Source: Bacteroidota bacterium
Lineage (GTDB): Bacteria > Bacteroidota > Bacteroidia > Sphingobacteriales > Sphingobacteriaceae
Assembly: GCA_026224775.1 (NCBI GenBank)
Contig: JAMFRP010000030.1
Location: 10,013 to 74,012 of the forward strand
Reading direction: 5' to 3'
Length of the DNA: 64,000 nt
The translations under genes and the position numbers were made by a program. Position 1 is the first letter of the stretch; every line of letters begins with the position of its first letter. Under the pieces are notes generated by a model. It saw nothing but the letters and a program-made list of their open reading frames with translations, did no database searches and had not been told where the DNA came from. Positions 54,168-63,626 of this stretch are shown one piece after another.

Positions 54168-56618
54168 TTATGAATGTTCTAAATTTTCACCGGAAAATTT
54201 CACTGTAATGATCGTTCCTCCATTATTTTCAATATTGAACTCAGCTTTAATTTCCTTGCAAAGTCCTTTCATTAAAGTCATACCCAGCGAGGCAGCAGGT
54301 TTATTCTGCGGTAAATTAGTCGAAAAACCGATTCCATTGTCCGCTATCGTCAAAAAGTAGTATGACACTTTTTTAACAAATGCTATGGTAATTTCACCAC
54401 CGGGTTTATTAAATGCGTATTTTATTGAATTGGTAATCGCTTCATTTAGGATTAGTCCTATAGGTATAGCTATGGAAACGTCAAGTTCAATTAGTTCAAT
54501 ATTTAAATTGAAATGAATCGCGTTGTCAGTTTTGAAACTGTCTTTTAAATACCCAACCAACTCGCGAATATAGACCGACATGTTCACTGAGGAGGTATTC
54601 TCAGTTAAATACAATTTCTGGTGAATTAATGACATGGCATGGATCCGGTGCTGGCTGTCGCGTACAGCTGCCAATGCATCATTCCCCAAATAAGCAGTCT
54701 GGGACTCGAGCAGGCTTACAATAGTATGCAGGTTATTTTTTACCCGATGATGGATTTCCCTTACCAGCCATTCTTTTTCCTGTACCAGATGCTCTAATTC
54801 ATCATTTTTATCGGTTATGATCTTTTGTTGATTGGTTAATTGAATATTACTGTTTTGTTTGGACCGATACAGGTAGTAAAGTAAACCTGCAATAATCGTT
54901 ATTAAGGTAATTCCTCCAAGAATGATGTTCCGTAAATAGGTGGCATGCCTGAGATTTGTTTTTTGAATTTCACTGCTCTGTTGTAAATTTTTTATGCTAC
55001 GGTCTTTTGTTTCTGTTTGGTATTTGACCACCAATGCTGCATACTGCTGCCTTTGTTTGTTATTCTCGGCCGAGTCGTCAATCATTTTAAACATTTTTAA
55101 ATCTGCAATAGCAGATTTGAGATTTCCGGATGCTGAATCAACTTGGTAAAGCACGAGATAGTCCAGCGATGAAACTCCTGGTGTTTTTAGCTGGGTTGAG
55201 ACCAAGATTGATTTTTGAGCCAATTCTCTAGCGGCAGCAAATTTTCTATTTTGAACATAAAATTCAGCTATCCTTCCATAAGCACTCGGCAGCTCACCAT
55301 GAACATACTGTGGCGGAAAATGTTTAGCGAGGTCGATAAATTGGTTATAATCTAATTCAGCCATTGTTTTTTGCCCAGTGTGTTGGTAATAGCTCCCTTC
55401 TATTAAGGCAATATACATCTGATCAAAGGTTGTCTTTGGAGGGAACGGCTTAGTGATTTTTTGAATAAGTTCGTATTCTTGTTTATACTGACCAAATTGG
55501 TCGTACCAAAATATTTCTGCCAAAAAGCTTTTATACCAAAAAACCTGATTCTGTTTCGTTTTGTAACCATTTAATGCTTTATCATACCAGCGAAAACCTT
55601 CCTTGATCTGATTAAGCTTCATAATAATATCGGCGTTTCTTATGTAGTAGACGCTGGCCAAGGCAAAATCACCAGTGGCTTGCAAGTCTTTAATTGATTG
55701 TTGATTATAGCTAAGAGCCTTCATAAAATCGTACTTCAATGAATATATGTAGGCCAATGTATTTTCAACAAATTGAAGATGTCTGAATCCGACAGCTTTT
55801 TGTAAGGCAAGAACGCTTATCAGTTCGTCTGTCGCTCTATCCATATTTGTCGCAAAATGCACAGTCAATATCCCTGTCAGAGCTTCTATCTCTCCGATAT
55901 TCTCATGGTATTGCCGGCTGAGACTTAAAGACTTCTCTAAAATTTCCAGCTTCCCGGGACTATTGTATGGAAGGTAAGATGCCTGGCAAAGCAGTGTTGA
56001 TATCAACACTGGGATATCATTCTTTTTTGACAGCGAATTTATAGCGCTGGAAAAATACGCCTGCCCTTCTTTTATATTTCCTGTACGACAGTAATACTGC
56101 CCGTAAAGTACCATGCATTCGTCGTGCCAATGTTGTTGGGGTCCAACATTCGTCGCTACATCTGCATACTTTATATATTTTTGCGCGCTATCAAGGCTGG
56201 GTTGGCCACCGCCGGGCTTAAACAAATAATAGCTGCCCAACTCGAATAAGGTCCTGATTTTATCTTCCGGTTTTTGGATTAGTAGGAGTTCCCGGGTTTG
56301 CTTTATTTTTCCTGCATCAATTAGCTTCATACCCGGCGTAACCGAGTCTCCGTCATAATTTTCATTGTAGGGTACCAGGCGGTTGATATGATAGATTTGA
56401 CAAGCCATTATAACAGCACTGTCCTGATCGATTTGTCCCTGCGTGACCTGGTTGATATAGTTCCCTGCTGAAAGTACCAGCAAGCGTTTCATTGATGTAT
56501 TATAGTATTCCACTGGCGAACTGTAGACTATCTGCGCCCGGGAATTATTGCCAACTAACAACAATAGCAGGATGGAGAGATATAGTTTGGTCGCTGATAT
56601 GTTAAGTTTTTCGGTCAT
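54168..56618 (-). CDS. TPR-like membrane sensor histidine kinase (HisKA_2)
   Basis: Signal peptide; long helical-repeat domain; TM; REIHHRVKNNLH; NEAITNS; ADNGIG. Confidence 0.93.
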   Translation of the reverse strand: MTEKLNISATKLYLSILLLLLVGNNSRAQIVYSSPVEYYNTSMKRLLVLSAGNYINQVTQGQIDQDSAVIMACQIYHINRLVPYNENYDGDSVTPGMKLIDAGKIKQTRELLLIQKPEDKIRTLFELGSYYLFKPGGGQPSLDSAQKYIKYADVATNVGPQQHWHDECMVLYGQYYCRTGNIKEGQAYFSSAINSLSKKNDIPVLISTLLCQASYLPYNSPGKLEILEKSLSLSRQYHENIGEIEALTGILTVHFATNMDRATDELISVLALQKAVGFRHLQFVENTLAYIYSLKYDFMKALSYNQQSIKDLQATGDFALASVYYIRNADIIMKLNQIKEGFRWYDKALNGYKTKQNQVFWYKSFLAEIFWYDQFGQYKQEYELIQKITKPFPPKTTFDQMYIALIEGSYYQHTGQKTMAELDYNQFIDLAKHFPPQYVHGELPSAYGRIAEFYVQNRKFAAARELAQKSILVSTQLKTPGVSSLDYLVLYQVDSASGNLKSAIADLKMFKMIDDSAENNKQRQQYAALVVKYQTETKDRSIKNLQQSSEIQKTNLRHATYLRNIILGGITLITIIAGLLYYLYRSKQNSNIQLTNQQKIITDKNDELEHLVQEKEWLVREIHHRVKNNLHTIVSLLESQTAYLGNDALAAVRDSQHRIHAMSLIHQKLYLTENTSSVNMSVYIRELVGYLKDSFKTDNAIHFNLNIELIELDVSIAIPIGLILNEAITNSIKYAFNKPGGEITIAFVKKVSYYFLTIADNGIGFSTNLPQNKPAASLGMTLMKGLCKEIKAEFNIENNGGTIITVKFSGENLEHS

Positions 56619-56710
56619 TCTGGTAATTTTTTAATTTTCAAGTATCGGATATAAGGACCAATGGAAACGGTGGAATATTGGAGATAGTAATACAATAAAA
56701 AGACGATGAA

Positions 56711-59179
56711 TCAGTGTTCTAAATTCTTCCCGCTGAATTTTATAATAATGATCGTTCCTTTATCGGCTTTGATGTGAAATTCAGCACCGATTTCCTTGCA
56801 AAGCCCTTTCATTAATGTCATTCCCAGTGAGGTAACCGGCGTAGCTTGCTGAAAATCTGTCGATATCCCAATACCGTTATCTGCTATAGTAAGCAAGTAA
56901 AAGGATTCTTTTTTAATAAGTTGAAGGGTCACTTCTCCCCCAGCCTCACCGAATGCATATTTTATCGAATTGGTGATGGCCTCATTTAAAATTAACCCGA
57001 GCGGGATGGCCGTAGCTACATCCAGTTCGATAGATTCAACTTCTAAATTGAAATAAATAGTATTATCTGTTTTAAAGCTTTCCTTTAAATATCCGGTAAG
57101 TTCGCGGATATAAACGGACATATTCACCGAAGAAACATTCTCAGACAAATATAATTTCTGGTGAATAAGCGACATGGCGTGAATCCTGTGCTGGCTGTCT
57201 CGTACCGCGGCTAGTGCATCATTTCCAAGATAAGCGGTTTGGGATTCCAGAAGGCTTACAATGGTATGCAAATTATTTTTTACCCGGTGATGGATCTCCT
57301 TTACCAGCCATTCCTTTTCTTTAACCAAATGTTCTAAATCGATATTTTTTTCAGTGATTTCTGATTGCTGAACCTGTAATAAGCGGTTACTTTTCTGTTT
57401 CGTTTGAAATAAGTAATAAAGTAACGCGGCAATTATGGCGAAAAGGATCGCCCCAATTAAAATTATATTTTTAATAAAGTCCGATTGTTTGAGCTTGTTA
57501 GTTTTTAATTGATCATTCTTAGTAAGTATCTTAATATCCTTGTCCTTTCCTTCAGCGTCATATTGAATACGAAGCTCATTGTATTTAAAAGCCTGTGACA
57601 CGTTGATCGCAGAATCATACAGCTTTTGATATATTTTATAATTTTGAAGAGCGGATTGAAATTTCCCTGCAGCAGAATCTAACTGGTACTGATTATAATA
57701 TACGCCTGATAGCGAAGATCTCCATTCCGGCGTGGAAGCCGTTTGCCTTGCAAGTCTATTCGAAGCCTCTGCTTCTTTAAATTTACGCTCCTTGATATAG
57801 ACTTTCGTGATATAATAATATCCCACAGGAAGTCCGGTAACGTGGCTATATTCAGGAGGATATTTTGAAGCAGAATCCAAAAATAACTTTATTTGCTGCT
57901 CTGCTTTTGAAAACGCGCCAATGCCAAGATAACATTCTCCGGTATGGAACTCCAACTGCATTCTATCGAAGGCATTTGCCGGAGGGTATTTGACATTTAT
58001 CTCGTTGATTAATGCGAGTGCCTGGCCAATACGATTTAACCATATTAAGTTGGTTAGCTCTTGAAGAAAACAAACATACCAAAATACTTGGGTTTGCTTA
58101 CTCTTTGGGCCATCCAATCCTTTTTGAAGCCACTGCAATCCGGTATCAAATTGCCCTAAATCGTGATAATTCTGCCCCATGCGCAAATAGAACACACTCG
58201 ATAGCGCCCGGTCTCCGGTTGCTTGCATACATTGCAAAGCCATGTGCGAGTAATTTAAGGAAACTTGATATTTACTCTGATTGTTGGTGATAAATGCAAG
58301 TACATCGTAAACATATTGGCGATGCCGGAAGCCGATCTTTTTCTGCAAATCTCCCACTTGTATGACGTATGACATTGCTTTTTGAAAATCTACCGGAAAA
58401 AGAACCGTGGCCAAAGCTGTTAACACACGAATCTCGATTATGGGCAGGTTGTACTGTTTGCAAAGGTCAAGTGAACTATTTAAAGTTTTGAATTTTAGCG
58501 GATCGTTATAAGGCAGGAATGTAGCCTGCTCTAATAAGGCGGTGGCCAGCTCTCGGCTCTCATTTGCTGATGCCAAAGAATTTACAATCGTTTTAAAATA
58601 AGTTTCGCTAGTCTTTACATCGCCTTTTTTAAAGTAATATTGGCCATATAAATTCAGCACGCTGTTCTTCATTTTCTTTGAATTAAGTGTCTTGACCAAT
58701 TCTGCCGCTTGTGAAATATAACCCAGTGCAGTATCAAGATTGGCACTTACCGGCTGAGGTTTATATAAATAATAACAACTTAACTCTTCCAGCGTCCTCA
58801 GTTTATTGATAGGTTGCTGGTTTTTTAGCAGCATTTTCACCTCATTGATCTTACCCTGGTCTATAAGCGCCATACCCGGAGTCTGCAAGTCACCATCATA
58901 CCCTTCGTTATAGGGTAACAGCCTGTTAATATGATAAATCTTGCAGGCCATAGCTGACGAGCTGTCGGGATCGAGCTGATTTTGTGTTATCTGATTAATA
59001 TAATTTCCGGCACTAATGGCTAACAAGCGCTTCATAGGAACGTTATAGTAGTCAACCGGTGAATTATAAATTTCCTGAGCGCTGGCTGTCGTATACGAGA
59101 ATGTTACGACGCAGAAGATGGTGAATAGTTTTGCAAGAAATAAAAGGTTCAACTTGTTGCCCATTCTTTGAATTAACAT
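56711..59179 (-). CDS. TPR-like membrane sensor histidine kinase (HisKA_2), tandem paralogue of 54168-56618
   Basis: Same architecture; KEIHHRVKNNLH; shared N-terminal MKRLL..SAGNYINQ motif. Confidence 0.93.
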   Translation of the reverse strand: MLIQRMGNKLNLLFLAKLFTIFCVVTFSYTTASAQEIYNSPVDYYNVPMKRLLAISAGNYINQITQNQLDPDSSSAMACKIYHINRLLPYNEGYDGDLQTPGMALIDQGKINEVKMLLKNQQPINKLRTLEELSCYYLYKPQPVSANLDTALGYISQAAELVKTLNSKKMKNSVLNLYGQYYFKKGDVKTSETYFKTIVNSLASANESRELATALLEQATFLPYNDPLKFKTLNSSLDLCKQYNLPIIEIRVLTALATVLFPVDFQKAMSYVIQVGDLQKKIGFRHRQYVYDVLAFITNNQSKYQVSLNYSHMALQCMQATGDRALSSVFYLRMGQNYHDLGQFDTGLQWLQKGLDGPKSKQTQVFWYVCFLQELTNLIWLNRIGQALALINEINVKYPPANAFDRMQLEFHTGECYLGIGAFSKAEQQIKLFLDSASKYPPEYSHVTGLPVGYYYITKVYIKERKFKEAEASNRLARQTASTPEWRSSLSGVYYNQYQLDSAAGKFQSALQNYKIYQKLYDSAINVSQAFKYNELRIQYDAEGKDKDIKILTKNDQLKTNKLKQSDFIKNIILIGAILFAIIAALLYYLFQTKQKSNRLLQVQQSEITEKNIDLEHLVKEKEWLVKEIHHRVKNNLHTIVSLLESQTAYLGNDALAAVRDSQHRIHAMSLIHQKLYLSENVSSVNMSVYIRELTGYLKESFKTDNTIYFNLEVESIELDVATAIPLGLILNEAITNSIKYAFGEAGGEVTLQLIKKESFYLLTIADNGIGISTDFQQATPVTSLGMTLMKGLCKEIGAEFHIKADKGTIIIIKFSGKNLEH

Positions 59180-59367
59180 CCTTCCGGCATTTTGAAAGTA
59201 ATATTTACTGACTCTTTTCGATTAAAAACATCAAAGTTGAATACCTTTTTGAGATTGCTAACCACATCAATATTATACAATAAAATCTAATTAATCAAGC
59301 TCTTACAAAAGGATTAGCTTAAAGACTATCACTATCTTGATTTGGTCTACGGTCTATTTTTATAGAT

Positions 59368-59462
59368 TTTAACGTTTTAGCGGTATTTAACCAAAGCGCC
59401 GTACGCCACCGCATCATAATTACCTTTAAATCAAATACTTGTGATTAAGGTACATCATTTGC
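59368..59462 (+). promoter_or_regulatory. Enhancer + sigma54-like promoter module for the efflux operon
   Basis: TTTAA-CGTTTTAG-CGGTA (59368-59385); AATCAAATACTTG (59429-59441); AGGTACATCATTTGC (59448-59462, GG-N10-GC); spacer 62 nt. Confidence 0.55.
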
Positions 59463-59488
59463 CAACTGCTTCATATTAAAATCGTCAA

Positions 59489-60868
59489 ATGTTGATCCAT
59501 TATTTACCAAAGAAAGTAAGTTTCACCGCTATTCTCCTTAACCTGGGGATTATTTTGACCAGCATATTATTCTTTCTATGCCCGGTAATTAGTTTGGCTC
59601 AGAGTACCGCTACTGATACAAGCGGTTCTGTAACTACGCTGGATTCAGTCTGGCAAATGGTCGCAGTTCACAATAAATCGGTTATTCTTCAGAACCTAAA
59701 TGTTGATATCAGCCAGGAGCAGGTTAAAGATACCCGGGCATCCCGACTGCCGGAAATTAGTATAAACGGCGAGTTGGACGGTTATACTAATTTACCTGAG
59801 TATGAACATGGATTATTTAATACGCCTGCTCAATATCCCATACCAAAGACGTTTTACAGCCTGGGTACCAATGTTTATTTTAACATTTACAATGGCAACA
59901 AAACAAACATCAACCTGGCCTACCAAAAGACAACTAATGCAAAGGAACAGGAACAAACAAAACTAACCATAGCTGAAGCAAAGCTCTTAGCGGCAGCTTT
60001 CTATCTTGATCTGCAAAGAGGTATAATTTTCAAGCAATTATTATTAAGAGATATCGAGGAACAGCAAAAACAACTATTGAAAATTGAAACACTCAAGAAA
60101 AACGGCGTCGTTTTAAAAAGCGATGTCTTAAGAGCTCAGCTGAAGCTCTCAGATCAGGACCTGGAACTCGTTCAGGTGGAAAATAATATTCGTATCGCAA
60201 CACAAAAGTTAAACATTCTTACCGGCAGGCCAGATGAATACGGCATCGTGCCAGTTGAGCTTTTTAACCCTGATACGATTGCACTTAAGTCTTACCAAGA
60301 TTACGTCTCCAATGCTTCAAGCCGCTCCTATGAAATAAATATAGTCCGAAAGGAGATGGAAATGAGACAACTGAAATTAAAGAGCATTAAAGCAAACCAG
60401 TTGCCTTCAATCGGCTTTTATGCAAGTTATGCTTACAGTTATCCCCAGGGAGAGTATTACCCCTACTCATTGTCCGTTTTTAGTTTAGGATCGGCCGGAA
60501 TCAAGGCATCCTTTCCACTTTCCGCAGCTTACCTTAATAAACATAAAATAAAAGTTGCTGCAATTGAATTGGAATCAGCGATGACTGAGCAGCAGGATAC
60601 CCAGGACAAATTCAGGGAAAACGTGAATACAGCGTATTTACGTTTCAAGGAATACTTGATCAGACTGAGCGTTGCCAAAGAGAATATCGTACTGGCAACT
60701 GAAAACCAGCGGGTATTACGAAACAGCTATTTTAATCAAACATCGTTGATCACCGATCTCCTGGATGCAGACACCCAACTTTTACAGTCACGCTTTGAAT
60801 ATGTTGCGGCCAAAACAGCCGCCCAGTTACAATACTTTCAACTACAAAAAACTTTAGGAAACCTTTAA
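59489..60868 (+). CDS. TolC family outer membrane efflux protein
   Basis: SRLPEISING, KSDVLRAQL, NQLPSIG, TDLLDADTQLLQS. Confidence 0.9.
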   Translation: MLIHYLPKKVSFTAILLNLGIILTSILFFLCPVISLAQSTATDTSGSVTTLDSVWQMVAVHNKSVILQNLNVDISQEQVKDTRASRLPEISINGELDGYTNLPEYEHGLFNTPAQYPIPKTFYSLGTNVYFNIYNGNKTNINLAYQKTTNAKEQEQTKLTIAEAKLLAAAFYLDLQRGIIFKQLLLRDIEEQQKQLLKIETLKKNGVVLKSDVLRAQLKLSDQDLELVQVENNIRIATQKLNILTGRPDEYGIVPVELFNPDTIALKSYQDYVSNASSRSYEINIVRKEMEMRQLKLKSIKANQLPSIGFYASYAYSYPQGEYYPYSLSVFSLGSAGIKASFPLSAAYLNKHKIKVAAIELESAMTEQQDTQDKFRENVNTAYLRFKEYLIRLSVAKENIVLATENQRVLRNSYFNQTSLITDLLDADTQLLQSRFEYVAAKTAAQLQYFQLQKTLGNL

Positions 60869-60869
60869 C

Positions 60870-61928
60870 ATGAGTGACAACATTGACAATTACACAGCTA
60901 CTGATAAAATAATAGCCAAGGTTACGGCATGGCTGTCTGCGATCATCGTATCTCTGCTATTAATTTTCGGGATTATTTATTTGTGGAATTATTTTCGTTT
61001 TGAAGAAACCAATGACGCACAGGTTCAGGAATATATCAACCCTCTTGTAACGCGCATTAGCGGGTATATTAGCCAGATCAGGTACGAAGAAAATCAGCAG
61101 GTAAAAAAAGGGGATACGTTAGTAATCATAGATAAAAGTCAGTATCTGTTACAGCAGGATGAATCGCAGCAGGCACTGCTTAATGCGAAATCCCAGATTG
61201 ATGTATTGGTAAGCACAATCAGGACGAATATGGAAAGCGCTGCTGTTGTCAAGACACAGATTTCAGCGGCACGCGCAAAGTTAACGAGGGAGAATCAGGA
61301 ATTTGCGCGTTACAGCAAACTTTATGAGGCCGAATCTGCTACACAGCAGCAGTTGGAAAATGTAAAAGCAGCGCTGGACGTCGCAACTGCGGATTATAAC
61401 TCATCACTGGCAAATTATCAGGCTGCACTATCACGTGTAGAGGATTTTCGCAAACAAAAAGCCGGATTAACTGCGGAAATCAGGCAAAGGGAATCACTTC
61501 TTGCCGGTGCAAATTTGGAATTATCCTATACGGTAATAACTGCCCCTTATAATGGAAAGATGGGTAAAAAAACCATTCAGATAGGCCAGTATATCCAGGC
61601 TAACCAAAGCCTCGCATTTATTGTCAATGAGGATGCTGGAAAGTGGGTGATAGCCAATTTCAAGGAAACACAAGTGGGGCAAATGCGTATAGGGCAGGAT
61701 GTGAGGATCGAAGCGGATGCGTTTCCCGATCAAATATTTCATGGACGTATTCAGTCGCTTTCCCCCGCCACAGGCTCCAGCTTCTCTATTCTTCCTCCGG
61801 ATAATTCAACAGGTAACTTTGTAAAGGTTGTTCAGCGAATTCCTGTCCGGATAAACATTATTAGCGACAATTCAAAAACCAGCGGGTTAGAAAGCGGGAT
61901 GAATGTTGTTGTAAAAGTTAAAAAATAG
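60870..61928 (+). CDS. HlyD/EmrA family membrane fusion protein
   Basis: ETNDAQV, RISGYI..VKKGDTL, YTVITAPYNG, ANFKETQV, PPDNSTGNFVKVVQRIPV. Confidence 0.95.
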   Translation: MSDNIDNYTATDKIIAKVTAWLSAIIVSLLLIFGIIYLWNYFRFEETNDAQVQEYINPLVTRISGYISQIRYEENQQVKKGDTLVIIDKSQYLLQQDESQQALLNAKSQIDVLVSTIRTNMESAAVVKTQISAARAKLTRENQEFARYSKLYEAESATQQQLENVKAALDVATADYNSSLANYQAALSRVEDFRKQKAGLTAEIRQRESLLAGANLELSYTVITAPYNGKMGKKTIQIGQYIQANQSLAFIVNEDAGKWVIANFKETQVGQMRIGQDVRIEADAFPDQIFHGRIQSLSPATGSSFSILPPDNSTGNFVKVVQRIPVRINIISDNSKTSGLESGMNVVVKVKK

Positions 61929-61933
61929 AGCAG

Positions 61934-63538
61934 ATGATCGAACAAGTATCCTTATTTAAAAATTGGGTTAGTGGCTGGACCATCAGGGTGGCAATTTTCA
62001 TGTTGTTTTTGCCAAACCTGTTGCTTTTTGGAATTTCCACTGCAAACGTGAATGTCGCCTGCGGATTCTATGGAATCGAACCTAATGACGCGCAGTACTC
62101 GCTCATCGCTTTATACGCCGGACTGGTTAGTTTCTTTCCGCTCGAAAAGAGACTTGCCCAATTTTTTGTAACCAAAGATTACCTATTCATTAGTCTGATC
62201 ATGGAAGTCATTTCAGCTTTTGCATGCTATAAGGCTCAAAATTTATATTTTCTGATTTTCTTTAGATTTTTGGAGGGTTTGGCGAATTGTAGCCTCGCAA
62301 GTATATGTATTGTGTTGATCTTTAGTCAGCTTAAATCTGAGCGCTCCAAAGAAATTGGCTATTCAGTTGTTTTCGGGATTTTATTAAGCACATTTCCATT
62401 TATAACCTTTTTGTCAGCGCCATTTCTTGATTCTATCAACTTTAACAATTTGTATATTTTGGTTATGTACACATTCCTGCCGGGGGGTATTGTGTTTCTG
62501 ATCATAATGAGAAGAACACGCATTAACCGAAAAATACCTTTATACCAATTTGATTGGAGAAGCTTTTCCTTATATGCGCTTTCGCTTATGCTGATTTCGT
62601 ATTGCCTTATATACGGGCAACAGTTTAACTGGTTTTCTGATAGGAGGATCTGGTGGGCGGTTTCACTTTTTGTGGTTTCATTCAGCACCTATATATTGAG
62701 GCAATTGCATGTGAAACGGCCATATATTAACCTGAAAATTTTTACTTATAGCAATTATGTTACTGGTTTCCTTTTAATTATGGTGTTATATATCGCAAGA
62801 GGTGCATTAAGTTTGACGACTGCCTTTTTTACAAACGTGCTGGGCATGGACCCCATTTATATCGGTTATATTCTACTATTTAATATCGGTGGAATTATTT
62901 TCGGAATACTTATTTCTTCAAGATTATTGATCTATAAATTACCTGTAATGCTGATCTGGATTTTAGGCTTCAGCTTGTTGCTGATGCACTCCATATGGAT
63001 GACGTTACTATTTGATGCTTCCACAGAATACAGTGCCTTCATTATCCCGCTTATTATCCAGGGCCTTGGGACAGGCATACTATTGGCACCAATCATAATT
63101 TTTATGATCACCGCCGTCCCGCCTGATTTAGGCCCCTCAGCAGCAGCTACTGCTGTTGCCTTCAGACTTTTGGGAACAAGTTTAAGCATAGCTCTGATCA
63201 ATTTCTTTCAGTTATATGATCAGCAAAATCACTTTAACCGCTTCCAGGACAGTCTTTATAGTGCAGATCCACTTGTTGACCAGCGCGTACAAACCTATCG
63301 AAAATTGCTTTCGAACAGCGGTTTAAGTGGAGAAAGAACCCTTTTACTGGCAAATAAGTTATTAAAAAATACGGTTGACCAGCAAGCACAGATCAGAGCA
63401 ACCATTGACTACTATTATTTAATGTGCTGGTTACTCATATTGACATTGATTTTGATTATCTGTATCCCAGCCATTAAACAGTACAAAATACTAATTGATC
63501 CGATTGCAGACGTAAACGGAATGCGTACAAATTTATAA
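61934..63538 (+). CDS. EmrB-like MFS efflux transporter (DHA2 type)
   Basis: About 14 TM segments; PLIIQGLGTGIL..; large loop before the last TM; third gene of a TolC-HlyD-MFS operon. Confidence 0.85.
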   Translation: MIEQVSLFKNWVSGWTIRVAIFMLFLPNLLLFGISTANVNVACGFYGIEPNDAQYSLIALYAGLVSFFPLEKRLAQFFVTKDYLFISLIMEVISAFACYKAQNLYFLIFFRFLEGLANCSLASICIVLIFSQLKSERSKEIGYSVVFGILLSTFPFITFLSAPFLDSINFNNLYILVMYTFLPGGIVFLIIMRRTRINRKIPLYQFDWRSFSLYALSLMLISYCLIYGQQFNWFSDRRIWWAVSLFVVSFSTYILRQLHVKRPYINLKIFTYSNYVTGFLLIMVLYIARGALSLTTAFFTNVLGMDPIYIGYILLFNIGGIIFGILISSRLLIYKLPVMLIWILGFSLLLMHSIWMTLLFDASTEYSAFIIPLIIQGLGTGILLAPIIIFMITAVPPDLGPSAAATAVAFRLLGTSLSIALINFFQLYDQQNHFNRFQDSLYSADPLVDQRVQTYRKLLSNSGLSGERTLLLANKLLKNTVDQQAQIRATIDYYYLMCWLLILTLILIICIPAIKQYKILIDPIADVNGMRTNL

Positions 63539-63626
63539 TTATCAGGCCGGTGTGCTTGTAGCCGTATTTCAGACGAAGAACCTTAATCGTCTTCTCTACA
63601 GGTAAAATTTTCAAACAAAGAACACA

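Noticed and set aside
6498-63201. Many 60-140 aa ORFs antisense to or nested in long genes
   Set aside because: Shadow frames of well-supported CDSs with no independent evidence.
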